This document shows, piece by piece, positions 29,740 to 40,230 of a stretch of DNA of 64,000 nucleotides (its first letter is position 1; each line of letters starts with the position of its first letter). The DNA is from Pyrobaculum sp. GTDB lineage: Archaea; Thermoproteota; Thermoprotei; Thermoproteales; Thermoproteaceae. Position numbers and translations under genes: made by a program. The notes beneath the pieces are model-generated. The model saw only the letters and a list, made by a program, of their open reading frames with translations. It did no database searches and had not been told where the DNA came from. The stretch lies in assembly GCA_046293555.1 (NCBI GenBank), contig JBKBOT010000007.1, forward strand, positions 1 through 64,000, given 5' to 3'.

Positions 29740-30651
29740 ATGGTGAAGATAAATGTCCGCGGCCAGGCAGGCCCGCCGGGATCACTCGCCAGCCTTCTTA
29801 AGGGGATTAAACTAAAGCTCGTGACCATCTCGGGTAAAGGCGGCGTGGGGAAGTCGCTTGTCACCACCTCTATCGCCGTGGGGTTCGCCATGAGGGGGTA
29901 CAAAGTGGGGGTGCTAGACGGCGACGTATATGGCCCCACGGTCCCCAAAATGTTGGGCTTGTCGCAAAACATTCTTTATGTAGAGGAAAAGACTGGAGAG
30001 ATAATCCCCGTGACGGGGCCCTTGGGGGTTGAGGTGGTCTCAATAGAGTTCGCCCTACCTGGCGACGACACCGCTGTGATCTGGAGGGCGCCGCTAGTCA
30101 ACCAGGCGTTAAGAGATTTTATCTCACAGGTGAGGTGGGGGCCTTTAGACGTGTTAGTTATAGACTTGCCTCCAGGCACTGGCGACGCCCCGCTTACCAT
30201 TGCCCAAAGCCTACAGGGTGGACTAGATGGCAGCATTATTGTCACCATACCCACAGATATCTCCCGTAGGATTGTACTAAAGTCTATAGACTTCTCACGG
30301 CGGCTTAACATCAGGGTGGCGGGCGTGGTGGAAAACATGTGTTGTTTCAAATGTCCTGACACCGACAAGGTTTACTACATCTTTGGGAAAGATGCGGGGA
30401 GAAAAATAGCGGAGGCGGCAGGAGTGCCGTTTTTAGGCGGCATACCCATAGACCCGGAGTTTTCCCAATATCTAGACGCGGGGAAACTACACGAGTTCTT
30501 ACAGAGAGACAACGAGACTGCAAAAGCCGTCTTGTCTATAGTAGACAAACTGGCGGAGGCCTATAAAGACAGGTTGACACAAGTCCAGCCAGAGGAGAAA
30601 AAAGAGAGGATTTCTCTCCTTAAGCTCCCCGGAGATGAGGAAGAGGCCTAG
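29740..30651 (+). CDS. Mrp/NBP35 (ApbC) Fe-S cluster carrier ATPase
   Basis: SGKGGVGKS, DGDVYGP, DLPPGTGD, ENMCCFKCP. Confidence 0.94.
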   Translation: MVKINVRGQAGPPGSLASLLKGIKLKLVTISGKGGVGKSLVTTSIAVGFAMRGYKVGVLDGDVYGPTVPKMLGLSQNILYVEEKTGEIIPVTGPLGVEVVSIEFALPGDDTAVIWRAPLVNQALRDFISQVRWGPLDVLVIDLPPGTGDAPLTIAQSLQGGLDGSIIVTIPTDISRRIVLKSIDFSRRLNIRVAGVVENMCCFKCPDTDKVYYIFGKDAGRKIAEAAGVPFLGGIPIDPEFSQYLDAGKLHEFLQRDNETAKAVLSIVDKLAEAYKDRLTQVQPEEKKERISLLKLPGDEEEA

Positions 30652-31019
30652 GGGCTAAAGCCCATGGGGAGTAACTCCCCTAATTTCGCCACAACTACCT
30701 TACTACGGCTCGCCATAACCACTGTGGCGTCTTTATTAAACTCCGCGATGACTTGCCTACAGGCGCCACAAGGCGGCGTGGGCTCCTCGGTGTCGGTATA
30801 AACAACCACAACTTCAATATCTCTATTGCCTTCAGACACAGATTTAAACACCGCTACTCTCTCGGCACATATGGTCAACCCGAGAGAGGCGTTTTCTACG
30901 TTAACCCCCGTATATGTCTTGCCGCCTTTTGTCTTGACTACTGCCGCCACCCTGAATTTCGAATAGGGCGCATAGGCGTTTTTCAAGACTTCTTTCGCCA
31001 GCCTTATGAGTTCCTCCAT
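30648..31019 (-). CDS. cdd: Cytidine deaminase
   Basis: AYAPYSKF, NVENAS, CAERVA, PCGACRQ; start moved to MEELIR. Confidence 0.94.
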   Translation of the reverse strand: MEELIRLAKEVLKNAYAPYSKFRVAAVVKTKGGKTYTGVNVENASLGLTICAERVAVFKSVSEGNRDIEVVVVYTDTEEPTPPCGACRQVIAEFNKDATVVMASRSKVVVAKLGELLPMGFSP

Positions 31020-31047
31020 ATTGATGTTTATATATGAAATTTTAGAG

Positions 31048-31983
31048 GTGAGGCCCGTGGCCGCGGGGGATGTGAGAAAGAGAGTTGTGGAATATGGCGC
31101 CTCTATACGCGACAAGGCCATAGAGACTCTGCCCCATGAATACAGCCTGGTGGTAGAACAGATAAGGTCTATATCGCGCACCTATAGAAACGATCTAAAT
31201 ACATTAATTCTAAATTTGGCAAATATAAAAAATCTCGATTTATTTGTAATTTATGTCACCCTCCTGGCTGTTACAAATAGATACAAGGCCTTAAGTTTTG
31301 ACGAGCTAGCCAAGTTGGCTCGGTCATTTCAGATGGAGGTAGATATTTTTTCTGCCTCTAGGCTAAAAAGGGCCCTAGTGGGGGCTGGCCTCAGTAAAGA
31401 GCTTACAGACGCCGTTATTTCAGACTTGATAAAATCTTTAAACACTATTAGAAATAAATATAAATCTCTACATATATGGATTGTAAGGCAGAAAAGAATT
31501 TCTATTTTTGAAAATAAGGTAAGATCTCTCGTCTTTAGAGGCCAAGGCGGGGGCGGCGTGGGGAGAGGCGTAAAGCTCTTCCTTAGGCTCTTTATACACG
31601 AGACCAACGCGCCGCTGGCCCCCCGTATAGCCTACACACAGGAGGTTAAGAAATATATACTGCATGGCGATATATATACTGCATATGTGACGTTAAGATC
31701 CGGCGCGTTTGAAGATATAAACTCGCTAACTTCAGAAAGGGTAAAGGCCCGTGTGGCCAAAAGACTTCTCTGCGGGGCTAGGGGGGAGAGGTGTCGCGAC
31801 GTCGTGTTAAGACTAGAGAGCGTCCGGGGGCTAGTCCGCCATGTGGGTAAAATAAGCGGGGACCCCGTGTTGTACGAACGGGGGGCACACGACATTGGGG
31901 TTAAGTACTGTAGAGATCTACGCTGCGAGATTTGCCCCATAAGAGACGTGTGTAGGAAGTACCTCTTCATAAAGATTAAATAG
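31048..31983 (+). CDS. Divergent HhH-GPD/EndoIII-like protein with C-terminal Fe-S motif
   Basis: GVGRGVKLFLR, HGDIY, terminal C-x4-C-x2-C-x5-C; start uncertain. Confidence 0.6.
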   Translation: MRPVAAGDVRKRVVEYGASIRDKAIETLPHEYSLVVEQIRSISRTYRNDLNTLILNLANIKNLDLFVIYVTLLAVTNRYKALSFDELAKLARSFQMEVDIFSASRLKRALVGAGLSKELTDAVISDLIKSLNTIRNKYKSLHIWIVRQKRISIFENKVRSLVFRGQGGGGVGRGVKLFLRLFIHETNAPLAPRIAYTQEVKKYILHGDIYTAYVTLRSGAFEDINSLTSERVKARVAKRLLCGARGERCRDVVLRLESVRGLVRHVGKISGDPVLYERGAHDIGVKYCRDLRCEICPIRDVCRKYLFIKIK

Positions 31984-32002
31984 GGGTTGGGGGAGGTGAT
32001 TT

Positions 32003-32782
32003 ATGTTGTTAAAAGGGAGGGTGTCGATAGTTACCGCCGCAAGTAGAGGCATTGGCGCCGGCGTGGCCACAGTCTTCGCGAGAGAGGGGTCCCACCTGGT
32101 GTTAGCCGCCAGAGATGTAAAAAGGCTGGAGGAATTGGCGTCAAGGCTGTCCGCATTTGGGGTCTCGGTGGCGCCAGTGCAGGCAGATTTGACGAAAAGA
32201 GAGGACGTGAGGAAAGTCGTACAGGAGGCGATACGTCATTTCGGCCGCGTAGACGTGTTGGTATACAACACGGGCCCCCCAAAGCCCGGGACTTTTCTAG
32301 AGCTGACGGAGGAGGATTGGGACTACGGCGTCCGGCTTCTGTTGATGAGCGCCGTGTGGATCACCAGAGACGTCTTGCCACATATGGTAGAGAGGGGGGG
32401 AGGCCGCCTTATTTACATCACCTCCTCCACCTTAAAGCAGCCTATCCCCACACTTACGTTATCTAACGTGGTGAGATTATCTCTAGCCGGCTTGATAAAG
32501 ACGTTGGCATATCAGCTGGGGAGATACAACATATTGGTTAACGGCATCATGCAGGGCTATGTAGACACGGAGAGGGTGAGGGAGGTGGCGGCCGCCAGGG
32601 CGCAGAGGGAGGGGCGGGGGGTGGAGGAGGTACTTAGAGAGATGGCTGCCGAGATACCTCTAGGCAGGTTGGCAAGACCTGAGGAGGTGGGGGAGCTGGC
32701 GGCCTTCCTGGCTTCAGACAGGGCTAGCTACATATCTGGCTCGTTGGTGCTCATAGACGGGGGCCGTACCCTATGTATATAG
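32003..32782 (+). CDS. Short-chain dehydrogenase/reductase
   Basis: [32 protein letters not shown]. Confidence 0.92.
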   Translation: MLLKGRVSIVTAASRGIGAGVATVFAREGSHLVLAARDVKRLEELASRLSAFGVSVAPVQADLTKREDVRKVVQEAIRHFGRVDVLVYNTGPPKPGTFLELTEEDWDYGVRLLLMSAVWITRDVLPHMVERGGGRLIYITSSTLKQPIPTLTLSNVVRLSLAGLIKTLAYQLGRYNILVNGIMQGYVDTERVREVAAARAQREGRGVEEVLREMAAEIPLGRLARPEEVGELAAFLASDRASYISGSLVLIDGGRTLCI

Positions 32783-34051
32783 ATTAAGCGAGCGAAAGAC
32801 CTCGTCTACTATCCCCCCCTCTATCTTGAAGCCGTATTTAATCTCGAGAAAAGACTTGCGGAATTCAGACACCTCCCGCCTCACCTTTTCTAGATCTCCG
32901 CCGTGGAGCGCCTCGGCGATAAATCTAGCCACCTCTCTCATCTCCTGCGGCCCCATCCCAAATCTGGTCACCTCCTGTACGCCCAGCCTGATGCCGCTGG
33001 GTTTCAACACGCTTTTGTCCCACGGCAGCGCGTTTTTGTTCACAATTATGTTGACCTCCTCCAGCAATTTAGCCACTTTGTCCCCACCCCCAAATTTAGA
33101 CACATCTACAGCCACCTGGTGTGTTTTCGTGTAGCCTAGCCCCTCCGCCACAGGCCTGATGCCCTCTTCCGCCAACGCGCTTGCCAACGCCTGCGCGTTT
33201 TTCACGACGGCGCTGGCGTACTCCCTGCCAAAAACCTCCATTTCTACCAGCGTTATGTAGGTAGAGACATATCTATGTAGGTGGTAATTTGAGGTAAATA
33301 CCGGAAATACAGACCTCTGGAGCTCCCCCCCGTCTAACATAGCTGCAATAAGCCCCCCCTGGGGGCCTGGAAAAGTCTTGTGGGTAGAGGACGTAATGAC
33401 GTCTGCCCCCTCCTTTAGGGGGTTGGGAAACGCCCCGCCTACTATAAGTCCCAACACGTGGGCAGAGTCGTGGAGGAGGTAAGCCCCCACGGAGTTGGCG
33501 ACTTCGGCCAACTCTCTCACTGGATGTGGGAAGAGGTAGAGAGATGCGCCCAGGATTATGAGGTTAGGCCTTTTCTCCTCGACAACCCTCCTGGCGGCGT
33601 CTATATCTACGTTAAACATGTCGAAATCCCACGGGAGCTCCACGGCCTTAAGTCTAAGCGCCTTTATCCCCCCCACGTTGTTGTGACTAATGTGGCCCCC
33701 ATATCTAATGGGGAGAGAGGCCACCAGGCCCCCCTCGGGCACCAGCGCGAAATATGTGGCCAAGTTGGCCACAGTCCCCGAGATGGGCCTTATGTCTACA
33801 AATCTCGCCTCTAGCACAGAGGCGAACCTTTTAGAAAGGAGTTCCTCCAACGTGTCCACATATCTCGTCCCCTGGTAGTACCTATTCCCCACAGTGCCCT
33901 CTGCGTACCTCCCGCCTAGGTCGTTTATATAAAATAGCTCCGCCAGAGGCGACATGACGTTCTCAGAGGCGATCAGGTTTATAGTCTCCCGCCTCCGCCA
34001 GATGTTGTGACGTAATGCGGCTTCTAACACCTCTCTGAGCTCTGGATGCAT
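32771..34051 (-). CDS. glyA: Serine hydroxymethyltransferase
   Basis: [36 protein letters not shown]. Confidence 0.97.
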   Translation of the reverse strand: MHPELREVLEAALRHNIWRRRETINLIASENVMSPLAELFYINDLGGRYAEGTVGNRYYQGTRYVDTLEELLSKRFASVLEARFVDIRPISGTVANLATYFALVPEGGLVASLPIRYGGHISHNNVGGIKALRLKAVELPWDFDMFNVDIDAARRVVEEKRPNLIILGASLYLFPHPVRELAEVANSVGAYLLHDSAHVLGLIVGGAFPNPLKEGADVITSSTHKTFPGPQGGLIAAMLDGGELQRSVFPVFTSNYHLHRYVSTYITLVEMEVFGREYASAVVKNAQALASALAEEGIRPVAEGLGYTKTHQVAVDVSKFGGGDKVAKLLEEVNIIVNKNALPWDKSVLKPSGIRLGVQEVTRFGMGPQEMREVARFIAEALHGGDLEKVRREVSEFRKSFLEIKYGFKIEGGIVDEVFRSLNLYT

Positions 34052-34054
34052 AGA

Positions 34055-34789
34055 CTAGTTTGTCGATATTTTTATAACTCTTGTCTGTGGGTATTGCCCC
34101 CCCTCGTCTTTCTCAAATTTTTTCAACATGTCCCATATAGTCAAGAAGGCGACCCCCACCGCGAAGAGGGCCTCTGGGGCGGGGGAGAGGTCCCTGGCCT
34201 TTATCTCCACCGCCGCGGCAACGCCTTCAGTCACGTCTATCTCCATCTTGAAGTACTGTATATGTGGACAGGGGCCGCCTACAAGCTCACATAGCCTCTT
34301 GGCGTTAAGAGCTGCAGCCGTCTGTGCGGCATATAGAGGGTGGCCCTTCTCCACAGGTCTTTTCACCATCTCGAGATTTCTCATAGCCAACTCGCCATAG
34401 GCCGCCGCCCTGAGGTCCCCAGCCCTTTCTAACATAAATCCCTCAGATCTGGCGGGGGGGAGCTCTCTCTGGATGCCCTTTATTTTCTCCACAGTTAGCT
34501 CTCTAACAAGGGTGGCTCCCGACGCCACTGCTCCCGCCAACGCGCCGAACAACACGTCCATCTCCACGCCGGTTTGCCACTGGGAGAGCCCCTCCACATA
34601 TAGCCTCCTCTCTGTGCAGTAAGCCGACGTGGTTAACGGAAGTGGGTGTAGAAATGGGAGATACCTGTAGGCCTCTAACGCCGCCTTTAGGGCCACGGCT
34701 GTGTTGCACCTCTCTACATCCAGCTCTATAGAGGCTTTGGCGTATCTATAGACATCTGGCTTTCTGGAGATATCTACAATCATAGACAC
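34055..34789 (-). CDS. moaC: MoaC cPMP synthase with tandem-duplicated domain
   Basis: VDISRK, LPFLHPL, TGVEMD in the first half; [13 protein letters not shown] in the second half. Confidence 0.85.
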   Translation of the reverse strand: MSMIVDISRKPDVYRYAKASIELDVERCNTAVALKAALEAYRYLPFLHPLPLTTSAYCTERRLYVEGLSQWQTGVEMDVLFGALAGAVASGATLVRELTVEKIKGIQRELPPARSEGFMLERAGDLRAAAYGELAMRNLEMVKRPVEKGHPLYAAQTAAALNAKRLCELVGGPCPHIQYFKMEIDVTEGVAAAVEIKARDLSPAPEALFAVGVAFLTIWDMLKKFEKDEGGQYPQTRVIKISTN

Positions 34790-35094
34790 CTCTCGGCCTC
34801 TGCATATAGGCCTTTTAGATGCCTACGCCTCTCTGCCTTATGTATAAGAATATTTGTCGCAAGGACTCTGGCGTCCCTCTCGTCAAGCTCTCTAGAAAGC
34901 AGGGAGAGCAACTTGTCGCAGTTTTCTACCGGCTCCTCGACATACCTCTCGAAAAGCTTGGCCTTTTTTATCTCTACCTCAGCCCAGCTGTAATCCACAT
35001 GGGGAAACGGCTGTCTATATCCACAAGACTTACAGAGAAAGTCCCCACTTGGGGTTAACACGAGGTCTCTAGAGCCACATTTGGGGCAAGACAC
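34780..35094 (-). CDS. Zinc-ribbon hypothetical protein
   Basis: CPKCGS...CKSCGY. Confidence 0.75.
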   Translation of the reverse strand: MSCPKCGSRDLVLTPSGDFLCKSCGYRQPFPHVDYSWAEVEIKKAKLFERYVEEPVENCDKLLSLLSRELDERDARVLATNILIHKAERRRHLKGLYAEAERCL

Positions 35095-35123
35095 AAGACC
35101 CCCAAAACCTCCTATATAAAATT

Positions 35124-36182
35124 TTAGCAGGTAAGCCTCCGTTGTTCAATCCAGCTCTTAAGCCTTAAGCCGTAAACTCTCGGCACTGTGGCCAGTTGGG
35201 AAACCCGCCGTACCCCCAGTAAAAACATAGATATCTTGACCTCTGTGGCTACCGCCGTTATCTCCTCTCTCAGCCTCCCCTCTAGCGCCGCCTTGAGGAG
35301 GGGTTGAGACATAGTGAAGAAATTTGCCCCAAGGGCGAGTGCCCTCACGCCGTCTAGCCCGTTTCTGATCCCCCCGGAGGCCACGACGTAGCCGTTATAT
35401 ACAGACCTCACCTCACATATAGAGGCGGCTGTGGGTATCCCCCAGCTTCTAAAAACCTCAGAAATCCTCTTATGTAGCTCAAGCCCCGCCTCTGCCGCCC
35501 TGGCGCCTTCAATAGACACAAAAGAGGTCCCGCCGAGGCCCCCCACGTCTATTGCGTCGGCTATCCCCACAAGCCGTGTGGCCACCTCTCTAGAAATGCC
35601 GTTACCCACCTCCTTCACTATTACCGGCTTGCCCACAGCCCTCCTGACGGCCTTTATTTTTTCCAACACGCCTCTGAAATAAGGCTCTCCCTCCGGCTGT
35701 ATTACCTCCTGTGCGGCGTTTAGGTGGATGGCTACGGCATATGCGTCAACCATCTCCACGGCTTCAGAAGCCCACTCCGCCAGCTTTTCTTCAGGTAGAG
35801 ACGCCAGCTGGGGGGCGCCGAGATTTGCCACCTTGGGCACAGAGGGGGCGTTTTGTTTAACCACCTCAAAGCTCCACCTCACCTCTGGCCTGACTATCGC
35901 AATTCTCTGAGAGCCTACATACATGGGGATTTGGAACCCCTCGGCGGCTTTGGCTAACTCCGCGTTTATTTTTCCCGCCAGCTCTGTGCCTCCAGTCATG
36001 GCGCCAATGCCAAAAGGCGCTGCCACTTTTACCCCCAGGAAGTCCGTGGATATGTCCACCTCAGATAGGTCGAGTTCCGGCAGCGCGTTATGTATGAGAA
36101 AAACCTCCTCAAGCCAGCTGGTGCCCACCTGGGAGATGTCAGAAGCGGCTAGATGTATGTGGTCGTCTTTCCGCCTGTTCAC
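35124..36182 (-). CDS. fni: Type 2 isopentenyl-diphosphate isomerase
   Basis: RKDDHI, AMTGG, VGSQR, QPEGE, KEVGNG, SGGIRNG. Confidence 0.96.
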   Translation of the reverse strand: MNRRKDDHIHLAASDISQVGTSWLEEVFLIHNALPELDLSEVDISTDFLGVKVAAPFGIGAMTGGTELAGKINAELAKAAEGFQIPMYVGSQRIAIVRPEVRWSFEVVKQNAPSVPKVANLGAPQLASLPEEKLAEWASEAVEMVDAYAVAIHLNAAQEVIQPEGEPYFRGVLEKIKAVRRAVGKPVIVKEVGNGISREVATRLVGIADAIDVGGLGGTSFVSIEGARAAEAGLELHKRISEVFRSWGIPTAASICEVRSVYNGYVVASGGIRNGLDGVRALALGANFFTMSQPLLKAALEGRLREEITAVATEVKISMFLLGVRRVSQLATVPRVYGLRLKSWIEQRRLTC

Positions 36183-36907
36183 TGTTTGCTCTGCGCCCTA
36201 GCTCTCACACAGCCGCGGCCAGAACACCTCGAGCCAAAGAAGCCCACCTTTTGTCCAGGGGGCGCCGTTTTTGGCACCGGCGTGCCTCCCTTCTGGTGTG
36301 ACCCCCCTCCATGTGGGTGGGCATAAGGCGACATGGCCTTACCTCTCACCGTGGGGTACTTCCAAGCCTTGGCTCTAGCCCTGTGGAACTTCTTGCCCGC
36401 CTTTACAAACGGCTTTTCTACCCTACCGCCGCCAGCCACAATGCCTATAGTGGCCCTCCCCCTTGAGTCCACCTCTATAGTCCGGCCGCTTGGCAGCCTC
36501 ACGATGGTCTTATTCTCCCCAGGCTTCTGGCCTATCACCAGGGCATATGTCCCGCCCGATCTGGCAAACCTGCCCCCATCTCCCGGCCTCTTCTCGACGT
36601 TAAACACCATAGTGCCCTCAGGTATCTTCCCAAGAGGCAGGATGTTGCCAGTCTTGGGGGGGCCCCCCACCTCTACCACTTGCCCCACGTAAAGGCCCTC
36701 TGCGGCGTAGTTAAAAAACTCGGCGCCGTCTTCAAGCTTGATTCTAGCCACCGGCGCGTTGAGGCCAGGCTGGTGTAATATCTCCACGACGTGCCCCCTG
36801 CCTGCAATAGCCGGGGGGTATCTCACAGCGCCGTCTCTCTTCCAGCTAGGCGATCTAAACTGAGATCCCCCCCTCCCCCTACGTTGTGCCAAAATCCTCT
36901 TGCCCAT
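36179..36907 (-). CDS. rpl2: 50S ribosomal protein L2
   Basis: [22 protein letters not shown]. Confidence 0.98.
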   Translation of the reverse strand: MGKRILAQRRGRGGSQFRSPSWKRDGAVRYPPAIAGRGHVVEILHQPGLNAPVARIKLEDGAEFFNYAAEGLYVGQVVEVGGPPKTGNILPLGKIPEGTMVFNVEKRPGDGGRFARSGGTYALVIGQKPGENKTIVRLPSGRTIEVDSRGRATIGIVAGGGRVEKPFVKAGKKFHRARAKAWKYPTVRGKAMSPYAHPHGGGSHQKGGTPVPKTAPPGQKVGFFGSRCSGRGCVRARAQSKQ

Positions 36908-36947
36908 CGCCCCTTGAAGTGGCTTTATTTATAAAATTTTTGTAAAA

Positions 36948-37000
36948 ACGTGATGTGATGCACCTCGCCAGACTGTATGACGAAAGGCGGCACGCTGAAT
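36948..37000 (+). ncRNA. Box C/D guide sRNA candidate
   Basis: C GTGATGT 36950, D' CAGA 36969, C' ATGACGA 36977, D CTGA 36995; TTTATAAA upstream. Confidence 0.8.
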
Positions 37001-37031
37001 AAATTTAAATATGTCTACAGCCACGCGGCTT

Positions 37032-37244
37032 ATGGGCAGAGTTAGGCCTAGGTACATAAAGGCTCTTGCGGAAAAACTCCTAGAGATGTATCCAGACAGA
37101 TTTGGGGAAGACTTTCAGGAAAACAAGAAGAGGGTGGCCGAGCTGGCTGAGATACCAAGTAAGGCCGTGAGGAATAAGACAGCTGGCTATATAACTAGGC
37201 TGGTAAAGAGGGGGAAGGCCCAGGAGAGGGCCGCTGGGGGGTAG
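37032..37244 (+). CDS. rps17e: 30S ribosomal protein S17e
   Basis: [25 protein letters not shown]. Confidence 0.96.
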   Translation: MGRVRPRYIKALAEKLLEMYPDRFGEDFQENKKRVAELAEIPSKAVRNKTAGYITRLVKRGKAQERAAGG

Positions 37245-37246
37245 CC

Positions 37247-37933
37247 ATGCCTCTCTCCAAGGGCGACTACATACTTCTTGACTACACGATAGTGATAAAA
37301 GATGACAACAAGGTGGTAGAGACCACACAGGAGGAGGTGGCAAAAGAGGCGGGGATATATAGGCCCGAGGAGGCCTATAGGCCGCGGCTTGTGATACTTG
37401 GCGAGACCCCCCTCTGGGAGGCAGTAGAAAACATGTTGATAACTCTAGAGGAGGGCCAAGCCTTTGAGATAGAGGTGCCTCCAGAGAAGGCATACGGCGT
37501 GAGAGATCCCAACAAGATAAAGACCGTGTCTATCAGAGAGTTTCACCGCCACGGGTTTGTGCCCAGAGTAGACGACGTGGTAGAATATGAGGGCCAGAGG
37601 GCCAGGGTGGTGTCTATATCCGGCGGACGTGTGGTGTTAGACTTTAACCACCCTCTAGCCGGCAAGACGTTTGTAGTGAGGGGAAGGGTGGTAAAAAGGC
37701 TGACGTCTCCAGAAGAGAGGGCGGCGGCGTTGTTAAGACCACACCTCTCCAGAGTTGCGGAAGACAAGATTAAGGTCACCCTAGAGGAGGGGGTCTTAAC
37801 TGTGGCGCTTCCGGCAGAGGTCTTGCTTTATGAGAGAATTGGGGGGGCCTTACTTCAATACGCCTCAGAGATCTCCACAAAACTTGACGTAAAGAAGGTG
37901 AGATTTATCACAGAGGTGGAACTCAAGACTTAA
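37247..37933 (+). CDS. Long FKBP-type peptidyl-prolyl isomerase (SlyD-like)
   Basis: PPEKAYG, LDFNHPLAGK. Confidence 0.93.
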   Translation: MPLSKGDYILLDYTIVIKDDNKVVETTQEEVAKEAGIYRPEEAYRPRLVILGETPLWEAVENMLITLEEGQAFEIEVPPEKAYGVRDPNKIKTVSIREFHRHGFVPRVDDVVEYEGQRARVVSISGGRVVLDFNHPLAGKTFVVRGRVVKRLTSPEERAAALLRPHLSRVAEDKIKVTLEEGVLTVALPAEVLLYERIGGALLQYASEISTKLDVKKVRFITEVELKT

Positions 37934-37956
37934 AAAGCCTTTTTACAACTTTCACG

Positions 37957-38562
37957 ATGACCACCACTGTAGGGATGGCGGTGAGAGACGGCGTAGTTCT
38001 TGCTGCAGACAGAAGGGTGACTGCGGGGTACTATATTGCACACAAGAGGGGGGAGAAGTTGTGGAAAATAGACGACCACGTCGCCGCCACGATGTCTGGC
38101 GGCGTGGCGGACCTACAGACCGTGTTGACATTTCTCACACTACAGGCCAGGAGGTATAAGATAGAACACAAAAGGCCTATACCCATCGGGGCGTTGGTAA
38201 ACTACCTCTCGCTCATTCTTTTCTACTCGCGACCATATATATACCTCGTACACTCTATCTTCGGCGGGGTGGACGAGAGAGAGGGGGCAGTGTTATATAT
38301 GGTAGACTGGCTGGGGACAGCCACCAGAGAGAGGTATGTAGCCACGGGCAGCGGATCGCCTTACGCAAAAGGCGTGTTAGAGGTGGGCTATAGAGAAGAC
38401 ATGGCTCTAGACGACGCTGTGGAGCTTGCCGTGAGAGCCATAAAGGCGGCTATTAGAAACGACCCGGGCTCTGGCGAGGGTGTAGACGTGGTTGTGATAA
38501 CGCCAAGAGAGGGATTTAGGAGAGTCCTCAGTATAGAACAAAAGGTGATAGTGACGGAGTAA
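37957..38562 (+). CDS. psmB: Proteasome beta subunit
   Basis: MTTTVG, AADRRVT, GSGSPYA, DPGSG. Confidence 0.95.
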   Translation: MTTTVGMAVRDGVVLAADRRVTAGYYIAHKRGEKLWKIDDHVAATMSGGVADLQTVLTFLTLQARRYKIEHKRPIPIGALVNYLSLILFYSRPYIYLVHSIFGGVDEREGAVLYMVDWLGTATRERYVATGSGSPYAKGVLEVGYREDMALDDAVELAVRAIKAAIRNDPGSGEGVDVVVITPREGFRRVLSIEQKVIVTE

Positions 38563-38589
38563 GATATATACCCCCACACTTGTTTAGCT

Positions 38590-39828
38590 ATGGAGATACT
38601 AGACGCCACAATTAGGAAGGTGTTTACAGGCAGGGGGGATGTCACCGTAGAGGTGGAGATATCTACCGAGGAGGTGGCCACAAGAGTCGCGGCGCCGGCC
38701 GGCGCCTCAAGGGGGGCCTACGAGGTGGCCTACTTCCCCGAGGGGGGAGTAGACGCGGCAGTTGCCGCCTTCGAGAAGCTGGTAGCTCCCGAGGTCGTGG
38801 GGCTAGAGGTAACTAAGGCCTATGTGGTAGATGGAAAGCTGGAGGAAATAGACGGCACGCCTAGGTTTGAACGGATTGGGGGAGCCGTGGCTATAGCCAC
38901 CTCTCTAGCTGTGACAGAAGCCGGCGCCGCTTCTTTAGGCATCCCCCTCTTCTCCTTTATAGGCGGCGTTTTTGCCAGACGTCTGCCTTTACCTCTCGGC
39001 AACATAATTGGCGGCGGTAAACACAGCAGGGGGCTTGGGCCAGACATACAGGAGTTTTTAGCCATCCCGCTAGACCCCCCTGACGTATATACGGCTGTGT
39101 TTACAAATGTGGAGATACATAAAAAAGCCTTAAAGTACATACTTAAGACAGACCACAGCTTCACTGGCGGTAAAAACGACGAGGGCGCCTGGACGCCACG
39201 TATTTCTTCACACACGGCGTTGACAATTTTAAGAGAGGTAGCTAAAGAGGTTGAAAAAGAGCTCGGCGTGAGGGTAGGCATTGGCGTAGATATGGCGGCG
39301 TCCAGCATGTGGGGTGGCGGCAGGTATGTCTACAGGAACGAGGGGGTTGAGAGGGGGCCCCGGGAGCAGCTAGACTTCGTCTCTAGGCTAGTTGAGGAGT
39401 TTGACCTCATCTACATAGAGGACCCCTTTCACGAGGATGACTTCCAGTTGTTCGCAGAGCTGGCAGACAGGTTTAGAGAGAGGCTTGTAGTGGGAGATGA
39501 CCTCTTTGTGACAAACCCAGAGAGGATACGGCAGGGGGGGAGGCTAAAGGCGGCTACAGGCGTTATCATCAAGCCGGACCAGATAGGGACCCTACTTAGG
39601 GCGCACCAAGCCGTGGCCGCAGCTAGGGAGTACGGAATGGTGCCTATAGTTTCCCACAGGTCTGGAGACACGGAGTACAGAACTCTGGCGCATATAGCCG
39701 TGGGCTTTGGCGCCGAGGTGATAAAGACCGGCGTCATGGGCGGAGAGAGGACGGCCAAGTTAAACGAGTTGATTAGAGTTGGGGAGTATTTAGGCAGGTG
39801 GGCTACACTCCCCAAATTTATTAAATAG
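38590..39828 (+). CDS. eno: Enolase
   Basis: PAGASRG, DIQEF, IEDPF, VGDDL, SHRSGDT, ERTAKLN. Confidence 0.95.
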   Translation: MEILDATIRKVFTGRGDVTVEVEISTEEVATRVAAPAGASRGAYEVAYFPEGGVDAAVAAFEKLVAPEVVGLEVTKAYVVDGKLEEIDGTPRFERIGGAVAIATSLAVTEAGAASLGIPLFSFIGGVFARRLPLPLGNIIGGGKHSRGLGPDIQEFLAIPLDPPDVYTAVFTNVEIHKKALKYILKTDHSFTGGKNDEGAWTPRISSHTALTILREVAKEVEKELGVRVGIGVDMAASSMWGGGRYVYRNEGVERGPREQLDFVSRLVEEFDLIYIEDPFHEDDFQLFAELADRFRERLVVGDDLFVTNPERIRQGGRLKAATGVIIKPDQIGTLLRAHQAVAAAREYGMVPIVSHRSGDTEYRTLAHIAVGFGAEVIKTGVMGGERTAKLNELIRVGEYLGRWATLPKFIK

Positions 39829-39843
39829 GGAAAACAGGTTGCT

Positions 39844-40230
39844 GTGGCTATTAAGATAAAAAGCCGCATATGGGTTGACAAAGATGGCCACGAGGTCTTG
39901 GGGCCCGGCATTTATAACATCCTTAAGGCTGTGGAGGAGACCGGCTCTATAGCCTCAGCAGCTAGACGTCTTGGATATTCATATAAGTTCATCTGGACCT
40001 ACATAAAAAAGCTAGAGGACGTGCTGGGGGCCCCCCTCGTGGAGTCCAGAAGGGGGGGCAGGGAGAGGGGGGTTACCGAACTCACAGAGGTGGGCAAGCT
40101 GTTGGTTAAATACTACGAGGAGATGCAGAGAGAGATAGAGGGGGTAGTAAAGAGGTGGGAAGATAGGTTCAGAGTCTTGGAGGGCCTCCCCCCCAAGTCT
40201 GAAGAGGAGATTCCCTACTACGAGGAGTAG
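39844..40230 (+). CDS. ModE-family winged-helix regulator (no TOBE domain)
   Basis: LGPG, TGSIASAARRLGYSY, RGG...G.TELTE. Confidence 0.88.
   Translation: MAIKIKSRIWVDKDGHEVLGPGIYNILKAVEETGSIASAARRLGYSYKFIWTYIKKLEDVLGAPLVESRRGGRERGVTELTEVGKLLVKYYEEMQREIEGVVKRWEDRFRVLEGLPPKSEEEIPYYEE

Noticed and set aside
29100-31181. N-terminal extensions on SmAP1, endA beta, cdd and the 31006 ORF in the track
   Set aside because: They create implausible head-to-head overlaps; family N-termini match downstream starts
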